Part shown: positions 49,701-62,505 of the stretch, in pieces | Layout: every line of letters starts with the position of its first letter | Numbering within the stretch: position 1 is the first letter of the stretch | NCBI GenBank assembly: GCA_051418015.1 | Contig: JBPRGF010000018.1 | Location: forward strand, 1-64,000 | DNA from: Candidatus Nitrospinota bacterium M3_3B_026 | GTDB lineage: Bacteria; Nitrospinota_A; UBA7883; JBPRGF01 | DNA length: 64,000 nt | Direction: 5' to 3' | Notes under the pieces: generated by a model | Database searches by the model: none | What the model was told of the DNA's origin: nothing | Seen by the model: the letters and a program-made list of their open reading frames with translations, nothing else | Program-made: the position numbers and the translations under genes

Positions 49701-50228
49701 GTCCTGCATCTCCAGGTAGAACCTGCCGGGGAAGACGTTTTTGTAGAAATCCGCCGCCTCGGCGGCCTTCTTTTCGTCACCGGCGGAAAGCGCCGAGGGG
49801 ATCTCCCCCTGCAGGCAGGCGGAAAGGGCGATCAGCCCGCCGGAGAGCTCCTCTAAAAGCTCCTTGTCTATCCTGGGTTTGTAGTAATACCCTTCCGTGT
49901 AGCCCGCCGTGACGAGCCTGCACAGGTTCTGGTACCCTTTTCTGTTCTGGGCGAGGAGGACGAGATGATGGGGACGGGAGCTGCTTGTCCTGTCCAGCCT
50001 GGAACCGGGGGCGACGTAGGCCTCGCAACCGATGATCGGCTTCACGCCCGCCTCCATCGCCGCGCGGAAAAACTCCACCGCGCCGAACATGGCCCCATGG
50101 TCGGTGACCGCCACGGCGGGGGCTTTCTGCTCCACGGCCTTCTCAAGGAGCGGGCCGAACTTGATCGCCCCGTCGAGCAGGCTGTATTGGCTGTGGAGGT
50201 GGAGGTGGACGAACTCGCTGTGTTTCAA
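46764..50228 (-). CDS. dnaE: DNA polymerase III alpha subunit
   Basis: HLHLHSQYSLLDG, GRGSAAGS, PDIDIDF, FNKSHS; no intein seen. Confidence 0.98.
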   Translation of the reverse strand: MKHSEFVHLHLHSQYSLLDGAIKFGPLLEKAVEQKAPAVAVTDHGAMFGAVEFFRAAMEAGVKPIIGCEAYVAPGSRLDRTSSSRPHHLVLLAQNRKGYQNLCRLVTAGYTEGYYYKPRIDKELLEELSGGLIALSACLQGEIPSALSAGDEKKAAEAADFYKNVFPGRFYLEMQDHGMEEQKKVNRLMLPFARKMDLPLVATNDAHYLNREDAEAHDALLCIGSGKLLRDENRLRYPGDQFYVKSAEEMAALFAEVPEAIKNTLKVAEELNFTFEEGEYHLPSFPIPADTTIDMHLEEMASHGLELRFIQAEKTGKPIEAERKAEYMKRLRSELEIINKMGFPGYFLITWDFIRHARDKGIPVGPGRGSAAGSMVAYALKITNLDPMKYGLIFERFLNPERVSMPDIDIDFCMDRRGEIIDYVREKYGGQSHVAQIITFGTMKARAVVRDVARVMDIPYAQADKIAKLIPHDLKMTVDKAVEQEPRLKKLKEENPQIEKLLDISKRLEGTARHASTHAAGVVISPEPLTSFMPLFKPPGENGEVSTQYQMKDIESLGLLKMDFLGLRTLTVIDNTAKQIKASHDPAFDIESILPDDAKTFELLRAARTFGVFQLESTGMRDLIRKMKPTGFRDIIALVALYRPGPINSGMADQYVRRKHGHEKVELEFPELEPILGETYGVTVYQEQVMKIANVLAGFSLGQADTLRKAMGKKNMNIMAEVREQFIEGAAQKGHDAEKVKELWGKLEQFGEYGFNKSHSACYALVAYQTAYLKAHYPKEYMAALITSDMDNSDKVLRCIQELREMGIEALPPDVNESMRDFTVAKDGIRFGLAAVKGVGASTVNAIIETRRRLGRFTSLLNFMEETPAQAINRRVVEALIKCGAFDSLGHTRAALFESIEETMSLAQKTQRDKEIGQAALFGSSGGDEAAAGGVKIKDTPEWPEKQRLAYEKEALGFYISGHPLTEYAKDLKLLATYDTGGLSKAPHKGEVRMGGVVIAKRTQITRKGDTMAYLTLEDLSGVAEALVWPDVYAKSVELLEGDEPVFIKGTADVDEEKGAKVIAQEIMTFPQARAEFTNSVRVSMSTPGLEKETLMELKSILEKHSGSCPVYLNMSIPGKGLVVLRARNVGVRADDGLVCELEGLLGAESVKLE

Positions 50229-50324
50229 TATGTTATCTTTTTAAAGCGGCGCCAGCGCCTCCCCAGGGGCAAACGGCGGCGCGGCGGGTTTTTACGTTAT
50301 CCTGCGCCCCGCGCCCCGGCGCTG

Positions 50325-50615
50325 TCAAATCTCGTCTTCCGGAACGTCGTCGACGATTATTCGGCCCTCGTCCGGATCAAACCCTTCGGCGTCCTCGCTT
50401 ACCGGAAATTCCTCGTCTATTTCCTCTATCTCCTCATCGCTTTCAAGCTCCTCGACAACGATAGGCGCTTTTGGGCCCCTGGAGGAGGTTTTTTTCGGGG
50501 CTTTCCTCTGATCCGCGCCGCACCTTGGACAGATGGGTTCTGGTTTTCTCATCGTATAGAACTTGGCCCCGCACTCGAAGCAGGTGTACTTGTCGCCGTA
50601 CTTGGGATGCGTCAT
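50325..50615 (-). CDS. FYDLN-acid-domain (TIGR02300-like) Zn-ribbon protein
   Basis: G.KYTCFECGAKFY...ICPRCG; acidic tail. Confidence 0.85.
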   Translation of the reverse strand: MTHPKYGDKYTCFECGAKFYTMRKPEPICPRCGADQRKAPKKTSSRGPKAPIVVEELESDEEIEEIDEEFPVSEDAEGFDPDEGRIIVDDVPEDEI

Positions 50616-50756
50616 AACGCTCCAATTAAATGATTGTCACGCCGTATCGAAACTTTTTGTCCATCAACGTCTGGATAGTGATACAAAAACATGACCGAAA
50701 AGGCAATACTATTTTTTATCTAATAGAATCAAGACATTGGAGCAGGGCCGACAGCC

Positions 50757-53791
<3,035 letters not shown>

Positions 53792-54071
53792 TTAGCAAAA
53801 ACTCAGACCAAAGGCTCTAGAGCCTGAAATAATCCTTTATAAAGAAAGGAGGGCGTGAGCGCAAGGTTTTTAAGTTTTCGGCGGCGGATCAGTTTGAATT
53901 TATTTCGAAAGGCAAGGTCCATCGCCTTCGGCTCGGTGCGCCGGTACCCTGCGGATTTCTCAGACACTCATTGTCCCGAACGAGCGAAGCGGCGTGAAGG
54001 ACCTTGATTTGTTTTTTTCAAACTTATCCGCCTCCGGGCTCCCAGCCCCGGTATCAACGGCGCCGCGGTTT

Positions 54072-55010
54072 TCAAATAACCTCCCGGACGGCCTCCATGG
54101 CCTCGGCGGGGATATCCTGCCCCATGGCCTCGACATTCTCCGCCACCTGCGCCGTGGTGTTGCATCCGACGATGGCGGCGGTGACGCCGGGCTGCTCCAC
54201 GGCCCAGCGGATGGCCAGGGCGGAAAGCTTCAGGCCGAACCGGTCCGCTATCTCCTTGAGCTTCTCCACCTTTTCCACGGCGGCGGGCCAGGCATCTTCC
54301 CGGAAGACGCCCATCCTGCCGCGCCCCCGCCAGTCGTCGAACCGCGATCCGCTCCCGTACTTGCCGGAAAGCATCCCCGAGGCCAGGGGGCTGTAGACGA
54401 TCACCCCCAGCCCAAGCTCCCGGGCGAGGGGCAGCGGATCGGTCTCTATGTCTCGCTCCAGCATGTTGTATTTCGGCTGGATACAGTCCACCGGCGCGCT
54501 TTCCAGAGCCTTCCGCAGAAGGTCGGCGGAAAAGTTGCAGACCCCGATGGCCCCGATCTTGCCCTGCTCGGCCAGCCTCGCGAGCGCCTCCATGGTCTTC
54601 TCGACGGGCGTGGCGGGGTCGGGCCAGTGGACCTGGTAGAGGTCGATCCTGTCGGTACGCAGCCTGCGGAGGGAGCCTTCCACCTCCTCGGCGATGGAGG
54701 CGGGCGAAAGGTCGTGGTATATCCCGCCGAGGGCTTTTTCCCGCCAGCGCAGCCCCAGCTTCGTGGCGATGTAGACATCGTCCCTTCTCCCGGCGGCGGC
54801 CTCGCCGACAAGCTCCTCCGACAGGCCGAACCCGTAGACCGGGGCCGTGTCTATCATGTTGATCCCGTGGTCGATGGCGGCCCGGATTGTCTTGATCGAC
54901 TCGCCCCTGTCCCTCTCGGCCCAGAAAGGCGGCCCGCCGATCCCCCACGCGCCGAGGATTATCGGCGTGACCTCCATGTCAGAAGCTTCGCTCAGCCTGC
55001 GTTTTTCCAT
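54072..55010 (-). CDS. Aldo/keto reductase
   Basis: DTAPVYGFG.SE, IDLYQVHWPD, YSPL.SG.LSGK. Confidence 0.92.
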   Translation of the reverse strand: MEKRRLSEASDMEVTPIILGAWGIGGPPFWAERDRGESIKTIRAAIDHGINMIDTAPVYGFGLSEELVGEAAAGRRDDVYIATKLGLRWREKALGGIYHDLSPASIAEEVEGSLRRLRTDRIDLYQVHWPDPATPVEKTMEALARLAEQGKIGAIGVCNFSADLLRKALESAPVDCIQPKYNMLERDIETDPLPLARELGLGVIVYSPLASGMLSGKYGSGSRFDDWRGRGRMGVFREDAWPAAVEKVEKLKEIADRFGLKLSALAIRWAVEQPGVTAAIVGCNTTAQVAENVEAMGQDIPAEAMEAVREVI

Positions 55011-55043
55011 TCCCTTCTCCCAGCTCGAGTCCGGGCGTTGGCG

Positions 55044-55937
55044 CTATTGCCCGCCGGCGTCATCGTCTGGGGCGATGCGGATCGTCTCGCCCCATTTGAG
55101 CTTGCCCCGCAGGAGCTGGTAGTAATTCTTGTAAGGAGACTGGATGATCCTCGTCACCTCTTTCGATCTTTTCACGGAGATCCTGTCTCTGGAGTTGAGC
55201 TGGAAACCAACCTGACCGTCCAGCGTGGCAAGGGCCTCGTCGGAATGGCCTGAGGCCAGGGAGATGTCTATCTTCTCGTTGTCCGGAATGACGATGGGCC
55301 TGTTGGAAAGGGTGTGCGGGCAGATGGGGCTTATTATCACCGCGTTGAGGGAGGGGTAGACGATCGGCCCCCCGGCGGAGAGATTATACGCCGTGGAGCC
55401 TGTGGGGGTTGCGATGATGAGACCGTCGGCGGTGTACTGGTTCACGAAAACGCCGTTCAGGGCCACGCGGACGTCAACCATCCGGGCCAGGGCCCCGCGG
55501 TTTATTACCAGGTCGTTCAGGACGGTGTGGAAGGCCACGTCCCGGCCCTCGCGGGAGATGACCACGTCCAGCATTATCCTGTCTTCGTAACGGTAGTCCC
55601 CCGCCAGCACGCGCTCCAGGGCTGGGATGGTCTGCTCGTAGGCGAACTCCGCGAGAAAACCGAGGCTGCCAAGATTGACACCCAGGATGGGGACGGCGCG
55701 TTTTTCCATCATCCGGGCGACGCTCAGGAAAGTCCCGTCGCCGCCCATCACCACGATGAGGTCGGCCCGGTTTACAAGGTCCACCTTTGTCAGGTCGGAC
55801 TCCATGCCGGCCCTGGCGGCGGACTCCGAGTCTATTATGTAGTCAATCCCCCGCTCGGCGAGCCACTTCACGAGCCCCGTCACCCCCTCCGCGGCGAGGG
55901 GGCTTTTTACCTTGGCGACTATTCCTATGAGTTTCAT
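55044..55937 (-). CDS. nadK: NAD kinase
   Basis: GGDGT, NLGSLGFL, TPTGSTAYNLSAGGP. Confidence 0.95.
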   Translation of the reverse strand: MKLIGIVAKVKSPLAAEGVTGLVKWLAERGIDYIIDSESAARAGMESDLTKVDLVNRADLIVVMGGDGTFLSVARMMEKRAVPILGVNLGSLGFLAEFAYEQTIPALERVLAGDYRYEDRIMLDVVISREGRDVAFHTVLNDLVINRGALARMVDVRVALNGVFVNQYTADGLIIATPTGSTAYNLSAGGPIVYPSLNAVIISPICPHTLSNRPIVIPDNEKIDISLASGHSDEALATLDGQVGFQLNSRDRISVKRSKEVTRIIQSPYKNYYQLLRGKLKWGETIRIAPDDDAGGQ

Positions 55938-56104
55938 AAAGCCGTCCTTCATGAACACGGGGCGGCGAGGCCCCGGCAGGCGGTTACAATATCACAAACG
56001 ACGCGGCGGAGAAACGCCGCCGCCCTGGCCCGGCAGTGATGTTTCGGAGCGGCGCTGAAAGAAACCTCCCGCCGCGCAAGGGGGGCGTGTGAAAGTTCCC
56101 GGTG

Positions 56105-57274
56105 TCAGGACGGATGCTCCCCTCCGGCGTACTCCCTTCTCAAAGCCTTCGCCTCGGAGAAACCGGGGTCGAGGGCGAGGGCGCGGTCGAGCGCTTTTAT
56201 GGCTTTATCCTTCTGGCCGGACTCGTATAGGGCGCGGGCGAGGTTATAGTACAGTCCCTCGTCGTTTTTGTCCACGTTGAGCGCTTTTATGTATATGTTT
56301 ATCGCCTCGCCGTGTTTGCCCTGTTTTCTCAGGGCGATGGCCATCCTGTTGTATAGGGGGATCTTGTCCGGGCTGATGTCCAGCGCCGCGCCGAAGGCGC
56401 CCTCGGCCTTCTGGTAGAGGCCTTTGTCGAGGTAGGCGTTTCCTATCTGGGTTCTGTTCTCGACGTTGCCCGGCTCCATCCGAGTCGCCTTGTCGAAGGC
56501 GCCGTCGGCGGCCTCCACCATGTCCGCGCCGAGATAGCTTTTGCCAAGCTCCACGTTCGTCTCGGCGTCGGCGTTTTTTCTCTTCGCCGCGCGCTCCAGG
56601 ACGCGGACGGAGGCGAGGTAGTCCTTCTTGCGCTGGAGGGCCACGCCGAGCCACTTGTCCACCTCCGGGTGGCGGGAGTCGATCTGCTTTGTGTTCTGGA
56701 AAGCGGCGATGGCCTGGTCGTGCATCTCAAGCTCCATGTAGCATCTGCCCTGCATAAAGACAAGCCCGGGGTCGGTGAATTCATCCGCCGCCTCCCTGAA
56801 AAGCTTCAGGGCGCCTTCGAAATCGCCTTTGTCAAAGAGCTTCCCAGCCTTTACCGCCGTCTCGGCGGCGAGGGCTTTAAGGGTATCCGTCTCCATGCCG
56901 TAAAGCCCGAAGATCATGTCCCGCAGCTCGTCCGGGCCGAAGGGGCGCGAAAGCCAGTTTTTAACCCCCATCTCCTTCATCTGCTCCATCTCGCGGCGGC
57001 TCAGCTTCGGGACGATCATCACGAACTTTATCCTGGCAAGCTCCCTGTCCTTTTTAAGCGAGGAGAAGACCTGCGAGCCGGAGTACCTTGGCAGGGTGTA
57101 GCTGACCAGCATCAGCTCCGGGGGATCTTTTTTTATCCCCGTCAGGACCTGCAGCCCGTCGGTCATCTCCGACACCACGCCAAAACCCGCGTCCCGCAAG
57201 GCTTCGCGGGTGTTCCTCGCCTCGGCGGGGTTGTCCACCACCAGGATTTTTATGCCGGAAAGGTCGTGCGCCAT
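56105..57274 (-). CDS. Degenerate receiver domain plus TPR repeats
   Basis: KILVVD...LMLVSY.LP; multiple TPRs. Confidence 0.8.
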   Translation of the reverse strand: MAHDLSGIKILVVDNPAEARNTREALRDAGFGVVSEMTDGLQVLTGIKKDPPELMLVSYTLPRYSGSQVFSSLKKDRELARIKFVMIVPKLSRREMEQMKEMGVKNWLSRPFGPDELRDMIFGLYGMETDTLKALAAETAVKAGKLFDKGDFEGALKLFREAADEFTDPGLVFMQGRCYMELEMHDQAIAAFQNTKQIDSRHPEVDKWLGVALQRKKDYLASVRVLERAAKRKNADAETNVELGKSYLGADMVEAADGAFDKATRMEPGNVENRTQIGNAYLDKGLYQKAEGAFGAALDISPDKIPLYNRMAIALRKQGKHGEAINIYIKALNVDKNDEGLYYNLARALYESGQKDKAIKALDRALALDPGFSEAKALRREYAGGEHPS

Positions 57275-57356
57275 AGCGGTAAGGTGACAGGTTGACAGGT
57301 ATTTCCGGGCCTGCGGCCGTTAAGGCCAATTAAATCATAGCACACAAGGGCATGGC

Positions 57357-58571
57357 TTACAGGCCGCCGTCGTTTTTGATCCTTGAAAGGAGGAGCCACC
57401 CCGCCACGATGAAAAGAGCGAGCGACAGGACCGCGAGCCGGTACTGGGCCGTCCCGCCGAGGGGCGAAAAGACCATCACGATCACGCCCCAGACCATCGG
57501 GCCCGTTATGGAGGCCGCCTTGCCCGCCAGGTTGAAAAGCCCGAACATCTCCCCCACCCGCCCAGGGGGCGAAAGCCGTACCAGCAGCGACCTGCCGCAG
57601 ACCCAAACCCCGCCGATGGCCACCCCCGCAAGCGGGCCCACAAGCCAGAACACCGCCTCGTTGAAAGAGACCGCCGCCCAGAACAGCGTGAACACCCATG
57701 TCCCCAGGACGCCCTTCAGGGCCGAGAGCGGCCCGAATCTGTTTGAAAGCCGCCCCCAGAAAAGAGACCCCGCCGCCGCGCCCAGCGTGGAGAGAACGAA
57801 GAAGACCGTAAGCCGTCCGCCGCTCAAGCCGATCACCTTGTCCGCGTAGACCGACATGAAAGCGATCACGGTGTTTACCCCGTCCAGGATGAAAAAGTTC
57901 GCCAGAAGGAAGATGAAAAGGTCACGGTTGGAGCGGGCCTGCCTGAAAGTCTCCGCCACGCGCCTGAAAGCCCCCATGACGTTCATTCTCTCGAACGCGC
58001 CACGCCGCTCGTCTCTGACCCATGCGAACAGGGGAAGGGAGAAAAGGAAAAAAAGCGCCGCCGTCGGCGCGAAGGCCGCCGTGCGTCCGTAGTTTTCGGC
58101 CACCGGGAGGACGGCCAGGAGCCCGGCTATCGCCCCGATGTATCCCAGGCCTACGCCATATCCGGCGACGGTGGGGACGGACGTCCCCCGCGCCACGGCG
58201 GGCAGCAGCGCGTCGTAGAAGACCAGCGAGGCGTTGTACATGTAATTGGCCGCAACGAACAGGGCCAGCCCCGCCCACAGCGAGGAGACGCCGCTGATGG
58301 CCGCCGTCGCCGTCACGCAGACGATGGTCGTGAGCGCCAGCGGCCTTACCCTGCGGCCGGTTTGGTCCGACAACGCCCCCAGGACAGGCGCCGTGACGGC
58401 CATGAGGAGCATGGAGGAGGAGAGCGCGATGGAGTAATAGATGTCCGGGGCGCCATGATCGACGGTGACCCACAGGGGGAAATAGCGGGAGACGACGTTC
58501 ATGGAGAAGATGGTGTTGGCGAAATCGTACAGAGCCCAGCCGAGGATAGCCCTCGGCGCCCGTTCCGCCAT
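57357..58571 (-). CDS. MFS transporter (Atg22/UMF1-like)
   Basis: WALYDFANT, FYDALL, GLGYIG. Confidence 0.88.
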   Translation of the reverse strand: MAERAPRAILGWALYDFANTIFSMNVVSRYFPLWVTVDHGAPDIYYSIALSSSMLLMAVTAPVLGALSDQTGRRVRPLALTTIVCVTATAAISGVSSLWAGLALFVAANYMYNASLVFYDALLPAVARGTSVPTVAGYGVGLGYIGAIAGLLAVLPVAENYGRTAAFAPTAALFFLFSLPLFAWVRDERRGAFERMNVMGAFRRVAETFRQARSNRDLFIFLLANFFILDGVNTVIAFMSVYADKVIGLSGGRLTVFFVLSTLGAAAGSLFWGRLSNRFGPLSALKGVLGTWVFTLFWAAVSFNEAVFWLVGPLAGVAIGGVWVCGRSLLVRLSPPGRVGEMFGLFNLAGKAASITGPMVWGVIVMVFSPLGGTAQYRLAVLSLALFIVAGWLLLSRIKNDGGL

Positions 58572-58778
58572 CTTCTTTCGCCCGCCGCCTCTTTATCTTG
58601 TGTAACTTCGGTTAAACTAGTATATTAACAGCGTTATACCGCTTTTTTAAGGAAGGCGGCAGGCCCGCCCCGCGCGGGTCTCTTTCAGGACGGCCGCGCT
58701 TCGCGGTTTCCAGCGGGTCAAGGAGCCGGTGGTGATGCATGGCGTTGTTCCAGGAGTGTTTTATCCCCTCGCTGTCCC

Positions 58779-60251
58779 ATGAATGAAAAGAAAAAACAGC
58801 CGGACGACAAGACGGACAGTATAGACCTCGAGGCGCTCCTGCGCGAGAAGGAAAAGCTTGAGTCGCTGATCAAGCGCAAGTTCTCCAAGGAGATAACGGT
58901 GATGTTCACCGACATCACCGGGTCGACGCAGATCGCCGAGGAGATAGGCGACCTGGCGATGCGCTCCCTGCTCAAGCGCCACTACGACATCATCTTTCCC
59001 ATAGTGGAGGGCGCCAACGGCACACTGGTCAAGACCATGGGCGACGGCACCCTGTCGTATTTCCTGAGCCCAGCCGACGCCGTCCGGGCCGCCATCGGCA
59101 TCCAGCGCGGATTCCAGGAGCACAACAGCGACAAGAGCAAGATACCCCTTCTCATCCGCTGCGGGCTCAACACGGGCCTTGGCATAGTGGAAAAAAAGGA
59201 CATCTACGGCGACGTGGTGAACGTGGCCCAGCGGTTCGAGGCGCTGGCGGGGCCGGGGGACATTCTCCTGTCCGAAGAGACGCGCAGTCTCGTGGAGGGT
59301 GAAGAGGACATATTCGTCGTCTTTTTCCAGGAGGCGAGGATAAGGGGCAAGGTCGGCGTCCAGAGCATATACAAGGCCCTTTGGGATGAAAAGGAAATAG
59401 AGTCCCACAAGAGGCTTTCTCCTGAAGAGCGCGGGAAGCTGGCCACGCCAAACGGCGTGGCGACGGCGGACGTCCCCCTCGAGTGGGGGGACAGCCCTCC
59501 CACGACCCAGACCGTCCGGCTTCGGGCGGAGCCGGACGCGAGGCTGCTGGTGGAGCAGAGGGGGCGGGAGCCTGTCTTCTACGACCTCGCCGGGAAGGAG
59601 ATGATAATCGGCCGTTCCCCGAAGGCGGACATTCACCTGCCGGAGGCTTTTGTGTCCCGCAGGCACGCCAGGATATACGAGGTCGGCGGCGGGTACCACA
59701 TCGAGGACCTGAAAAGCCACGTCGGGGTCCGCCACAAGGGGGAGAAAATAGTCTCCCGCCCCATGAGCGACGGTGACGAATACACCATCGGGTCCGTCAA
59801 GCTCGTCTTCCAGATGAAGCGGGACGAGGCCGCCGGGGAGGAGGACTCCTGGTCCGACGGGAGCGCGACGATGGCCTTCGAGGCCGGGCGGATACTCAGC
59901 CTCGTCGTCGAAAAAGAGGGGCGGATAATCGCCCACCACGGCGTCTCCGAAAAGCCCATGACCATCGGCAGGGCCGAGGGGCGCCAGATCAGGCTGGAGA
60001 GCCCCATGGTCTCCCGCAAGCACGCCAGGATATATAAATCCGGCGAAGGGGCGAGGGTGGAGGACCTCGGCAGCAACAACGGCACCTACGTCAACGGCAA
60101 AAGGGTGGAGGAGGCGGACGTCTCCCTGGGCGACGAGATAAGGATCGGCCCCTTCGCCCTCCGGGTGGTCAACCCCGCCCAGCCCCTGGACAAGGGCGAC
60201 GCCAACGCGAGCATGGTGGCGCGGCTTTTTTCGTTCCTTTCGAAGAAGTAG
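58779..60251 (+). CDS. Class III adenylate cyclase with two FHA domains
   Basis: FTDITGST, KTMGD, DIYGDVVNVAQR; GRS..SRRHA and GRA..SRKHA..SNNGT. Confidence 0.88.
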   Translation: MNEKKKQPDDKTDSIDLEALLREKEKLESLIKRKFSKEITVMFTDITGSTQIAEEIGDLAMRSLLKRHYDIIFPIVEGANGTLVKTMGDGTLSYFLSPADAVRAAIGIQRGFQEHNSDKSKIPLLIRCGLNTGLGIVEKKDIYGDVVNVAQRFEALAGPGDILLSEETRSLVEGEEDIFVVFFQEARIRGKVGVQSIYKALWDEKEIESHKRLSPEERGKLATPNGVATADVPLEWGDSPPTTQTVRLRAEPDARLLVEQRGREPVFYDLAGKEMIIGRSPKADIHLPEAFVSRRHARIYEVGGGYHIEDLKSHVGVRHKGEKIVSRPMSDGDEYTIGSVKLVFQMKRDEAAGEEDSWSDGSATMAFEAGRILSLVVEKEGRIIAHHGVSEKPMTIGRAEGRQIRLESPMVSRKHARIYKSGEGARVEDLGSNNGTYVNGKRVEEADVSLGDEIRIGPFALRVVNPAQPLDKGDANASMVARLFSFLSKK

Positions 60252-60313
60252 CGCCGCCGGTTTGAACCCGCGCCCTCCTTCGGATACGATGTTTGGATCA
60301 ATTCAACGTGTCT

Positions 60314-61009
60314 ATGACCACGATAGCGGATAACATCGCCGAAGTTCGCCGCAGGATGACCGCCGCCGCCGCCAGGGCGGGGCGGGGCGCCGCGCCGGTA
60401 AGGCTCGTGGCTGTGACCAAAAACGTGGACGCCGCCAGGGCGGCGCAGGCCGTCGAGGCGGGGGTCGAGGACCTCGGCGAGTCGCGGGTCCAGGAGGCGC
60501 GGGCCAAGTCCGGCGTGATCGGCCCCGGGGCGCGCTGGCACATGATCGGCCCGCTGCAGACGAACAAGGCGAAGTACTGCCCGGGGCTGTTCACGCTCAT
60601 CCATTCAGTGGACAGGCGGGAGCTTGCGCGGGAGCTTGCGCGCCGGGCGGAGGCGGCGGGGACCATGCTGGAGGCGCTCTTGCAGGTTAATATATCCGGC
60701 GAGCGGCGAAAGTCCGGCTGCGCGCCGGAGGAGGCGGAGGATATTTTAAAGTCCATATCGGGTGAGGCCGGGCTTAAAATAAAAGGTCTGATGACCATAC
60801 CGCCCTACAGCGAGGACCCGGAGGACTCCCGGCCCTTTTACAGGGCGCTGATGGAGCTGCGGGGGGACCTTGAGCGGCTGGGAATAGAGAACGTCTCCCT
60901 CGATACGATATCGGCGGGGATGACGGGCGATTTCGAGGTGGCTGTCGAGGAGGGATCGACACTGGTCAGGGTGGGGACGGCGATATTCGGCGAGAGGGTT
61001 TACGGCTGA
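60314..61009 (+). CDS. yggS: PLP homeostasis protein YggS
   Basis: VAVTK, WHMIGPLQTNK, RVGTAIFG. Confidence 0.95.
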   Translation: MTTIADNIAEVRRRMTAAAARAGRGAAPVRLVAVTKNVDAARAAQAVEAGVEDLGESRVQEARAKSGVIGPGARWHMIGPLQTNKAKYCPGLFTLIHSVDRRELARELARRAEAAGTMLEALLQVNISGERRKSGCAPEEAEDILKSISGEAGLKIKGLMTIPPYSEDPEDSRPFYRALMELRGDLERLGIENVSLDTISAGMTGDFEVAVEEGSTLVRVGTAIFGERVYG

Positions 61010-61040
61010 CCGTCGCCGGAGCGGGCTGAAGGGACAGGAT

Positions 61041-61877
61041 ATGCTGAAGGACAAAAAGATTACGGTAATAGGCTCGGGGTTCATGGGCGGGTCGCTCGTC
61101 CGCGGGCTGGTCAAAAGCGGCGCGGCGGAGGCGGCGAACGTCATGGCGGCCGACAGCAGGCCGGAACCGCTCGAGAAGCTGGCCTCGGAGCTTGGCGTCC
61201 GGACGTCCACGGACAACGCCGAGGCGGCCGCCTTCGGGGATATCGTGATCCTCGCCGTGAAGCCGGGGACGGCGCCCGCGGTGGCGGCCGAGGCGGAGCC
61301 CTCGCTGGGACGCGAAAAGCTGGTGATCAGCGTGGCCGCCGGGGTTTCCTTGTCGAGCCTTTCATCCTGGCTTCCCGCCGGGGCCAGGATCGTCCGGGCC
61401 ATGCCGAACGTGGCCGCGGCGGTGGGCCAGTCCGCCACGGCGTTCTGCGCGGGCGGCGCGGCGGACGAGGCGGACGCCGAGCTTGCCAGGGAGGTGTTCG
61501 AGGCCGTCGGGACGGCGGTGGAGACGCCCGAGGGGCTGATGGACGCCGTGACGGGCCTTTCCGGCTCGGGGCCTGCGTTCGTCTTCACGTTCCTGGAAGG
61601 GATGATAGACGCCGGTGTGCGCTGCGGCCTTGCGAGGGACGCGGCGGCGGCGCTGGCCGTCCAGACGCTTAACGGCGCCGCCAGGCTCGCCATGGAGACC
61701 GGCAAAAGCCCCTCGGCCCTGAAGGAGACCATAACATCGCCCGGCGGGACAACCATAGCCGGCCTCGCCGTCCTGGAGGAGGCGGGTTTCAGGGGAATAA
61801 TCATGCGCGCCGTGGAGGCGGCCGTGGAGCGGTCGAGGCAGCTTGGCAAGGGACAAACCGGAAAGGGAAGGGATTGA
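61041..61877 (+). CDS. proC: Pyrroline-5-carboxylate reductase
   Basis: IGSGFMG, RAMPN, SGSGPA, SPGGTT. Confidence 0.96.
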   Translation: MLKDKKITVIGSGFMGGSLVRGLVKSGAAEAANVMAADSRPEPLEKLASELGVRTSTDNAEAAAFGDIVILAVKPGTAPAVAAEAEPSLGREKLVISVAAGVSLSSLSSWLPAGARIVRAMPNVAAAVGQSATAFCAGGAADEADAELAREVFEAVGTAVETPEGLMDAVTGLSGSGPAFVFTFLEGMIDAGVRCGLARDAAAALAVQTLNGAARLAMETGKSPSALKETITSPGGTTIAGLAVLEEAGFRGIIMRAVEAAVERSRQLGKGQTGKGRD

Positions 61878-62183
61878 ATGTTCGTTTTTGGCAACTTTTT
61901 GATGGCGCTGGGGCAGGTCCTGAACATCGCGCTCACCATCTATCTGTGGGTGGTGATAATACGCGCGTTGATATCATGGGTCAGCCCTGATCCATACAAC
62001 CCCATTGTGCAGTTTTTGTACCGGGTGACGGACCCCGTCATGCGCCCCATACAGCGGGCCATCCCCATGGCGGGGGGGATAGACTTCTCGCCGATCGTGC
62101 TGATCCTGGGGATATATTTTCTCCAGATATTCCTCGTCAACACGCTCATACAGTTCGGCCGGTCGCTCAGCGGCGGCATGTGA
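61878..62183 (+). CDS. yggT: YggT-family membrane protein
   Basis: ISWVSPDPYNP, TDP, IDFSP. Confidence 0.93.
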   Translation: MFVFGNFLMALGQVLNIALTIYLWVVIIRALISWVSPDPYNPIVQFLYRVTDPVMRPIQRAIPMAGGIDFSPIVLILGIYFLQIFLVNTLIQFGRSLSGGM

Positions 62184-62195
62184 CCATGACGGCCG

Positions 62196-62498
62196 ATGGG
62201 CGGACGGGAGAAGCTGGATATCAGGGCCGACGGGGATGGGGCGAGGTTTGCCGTCCACGCCGCGCCGCGGGCCTCCCGGCCGGGGCTGGCCGGCGTCCAC
62301 GGGGGCGCGCTGAAGGCGCGGCTGGCCGCGCCGCCGGTGGAGGGCGCCGCCAACGAGGAGCTTGTCGCGCTCCTGGCGAAGGCTCTGGGGACGCCGAAGC
62401 GTGGTATAACCATAGTCAGCGGCCACGCCTCGAAAAGAAAGACGGTGAAGGTGGACGGCATGGGGCCGGACGACGTTTTGAAAAAGCTTGGTGTATGA
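62196..62498 (+). CDS. yggU: DUF167/YggU-family protein
   Basis: PRAS, AAPPVEGAAN, SGHASKRK. Confidence 0.9.
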   Translation: MGGREKLDIRADGDGARFAVHAAPRASRPGLAGVHGGALKARLAAPPVEGAANEELVALLAKALGTPKRGITIVSGHASKRKTVKVDGMGPDDVLKKLGV

Positions 62499-62505
62499 TA
62501 AGCGC

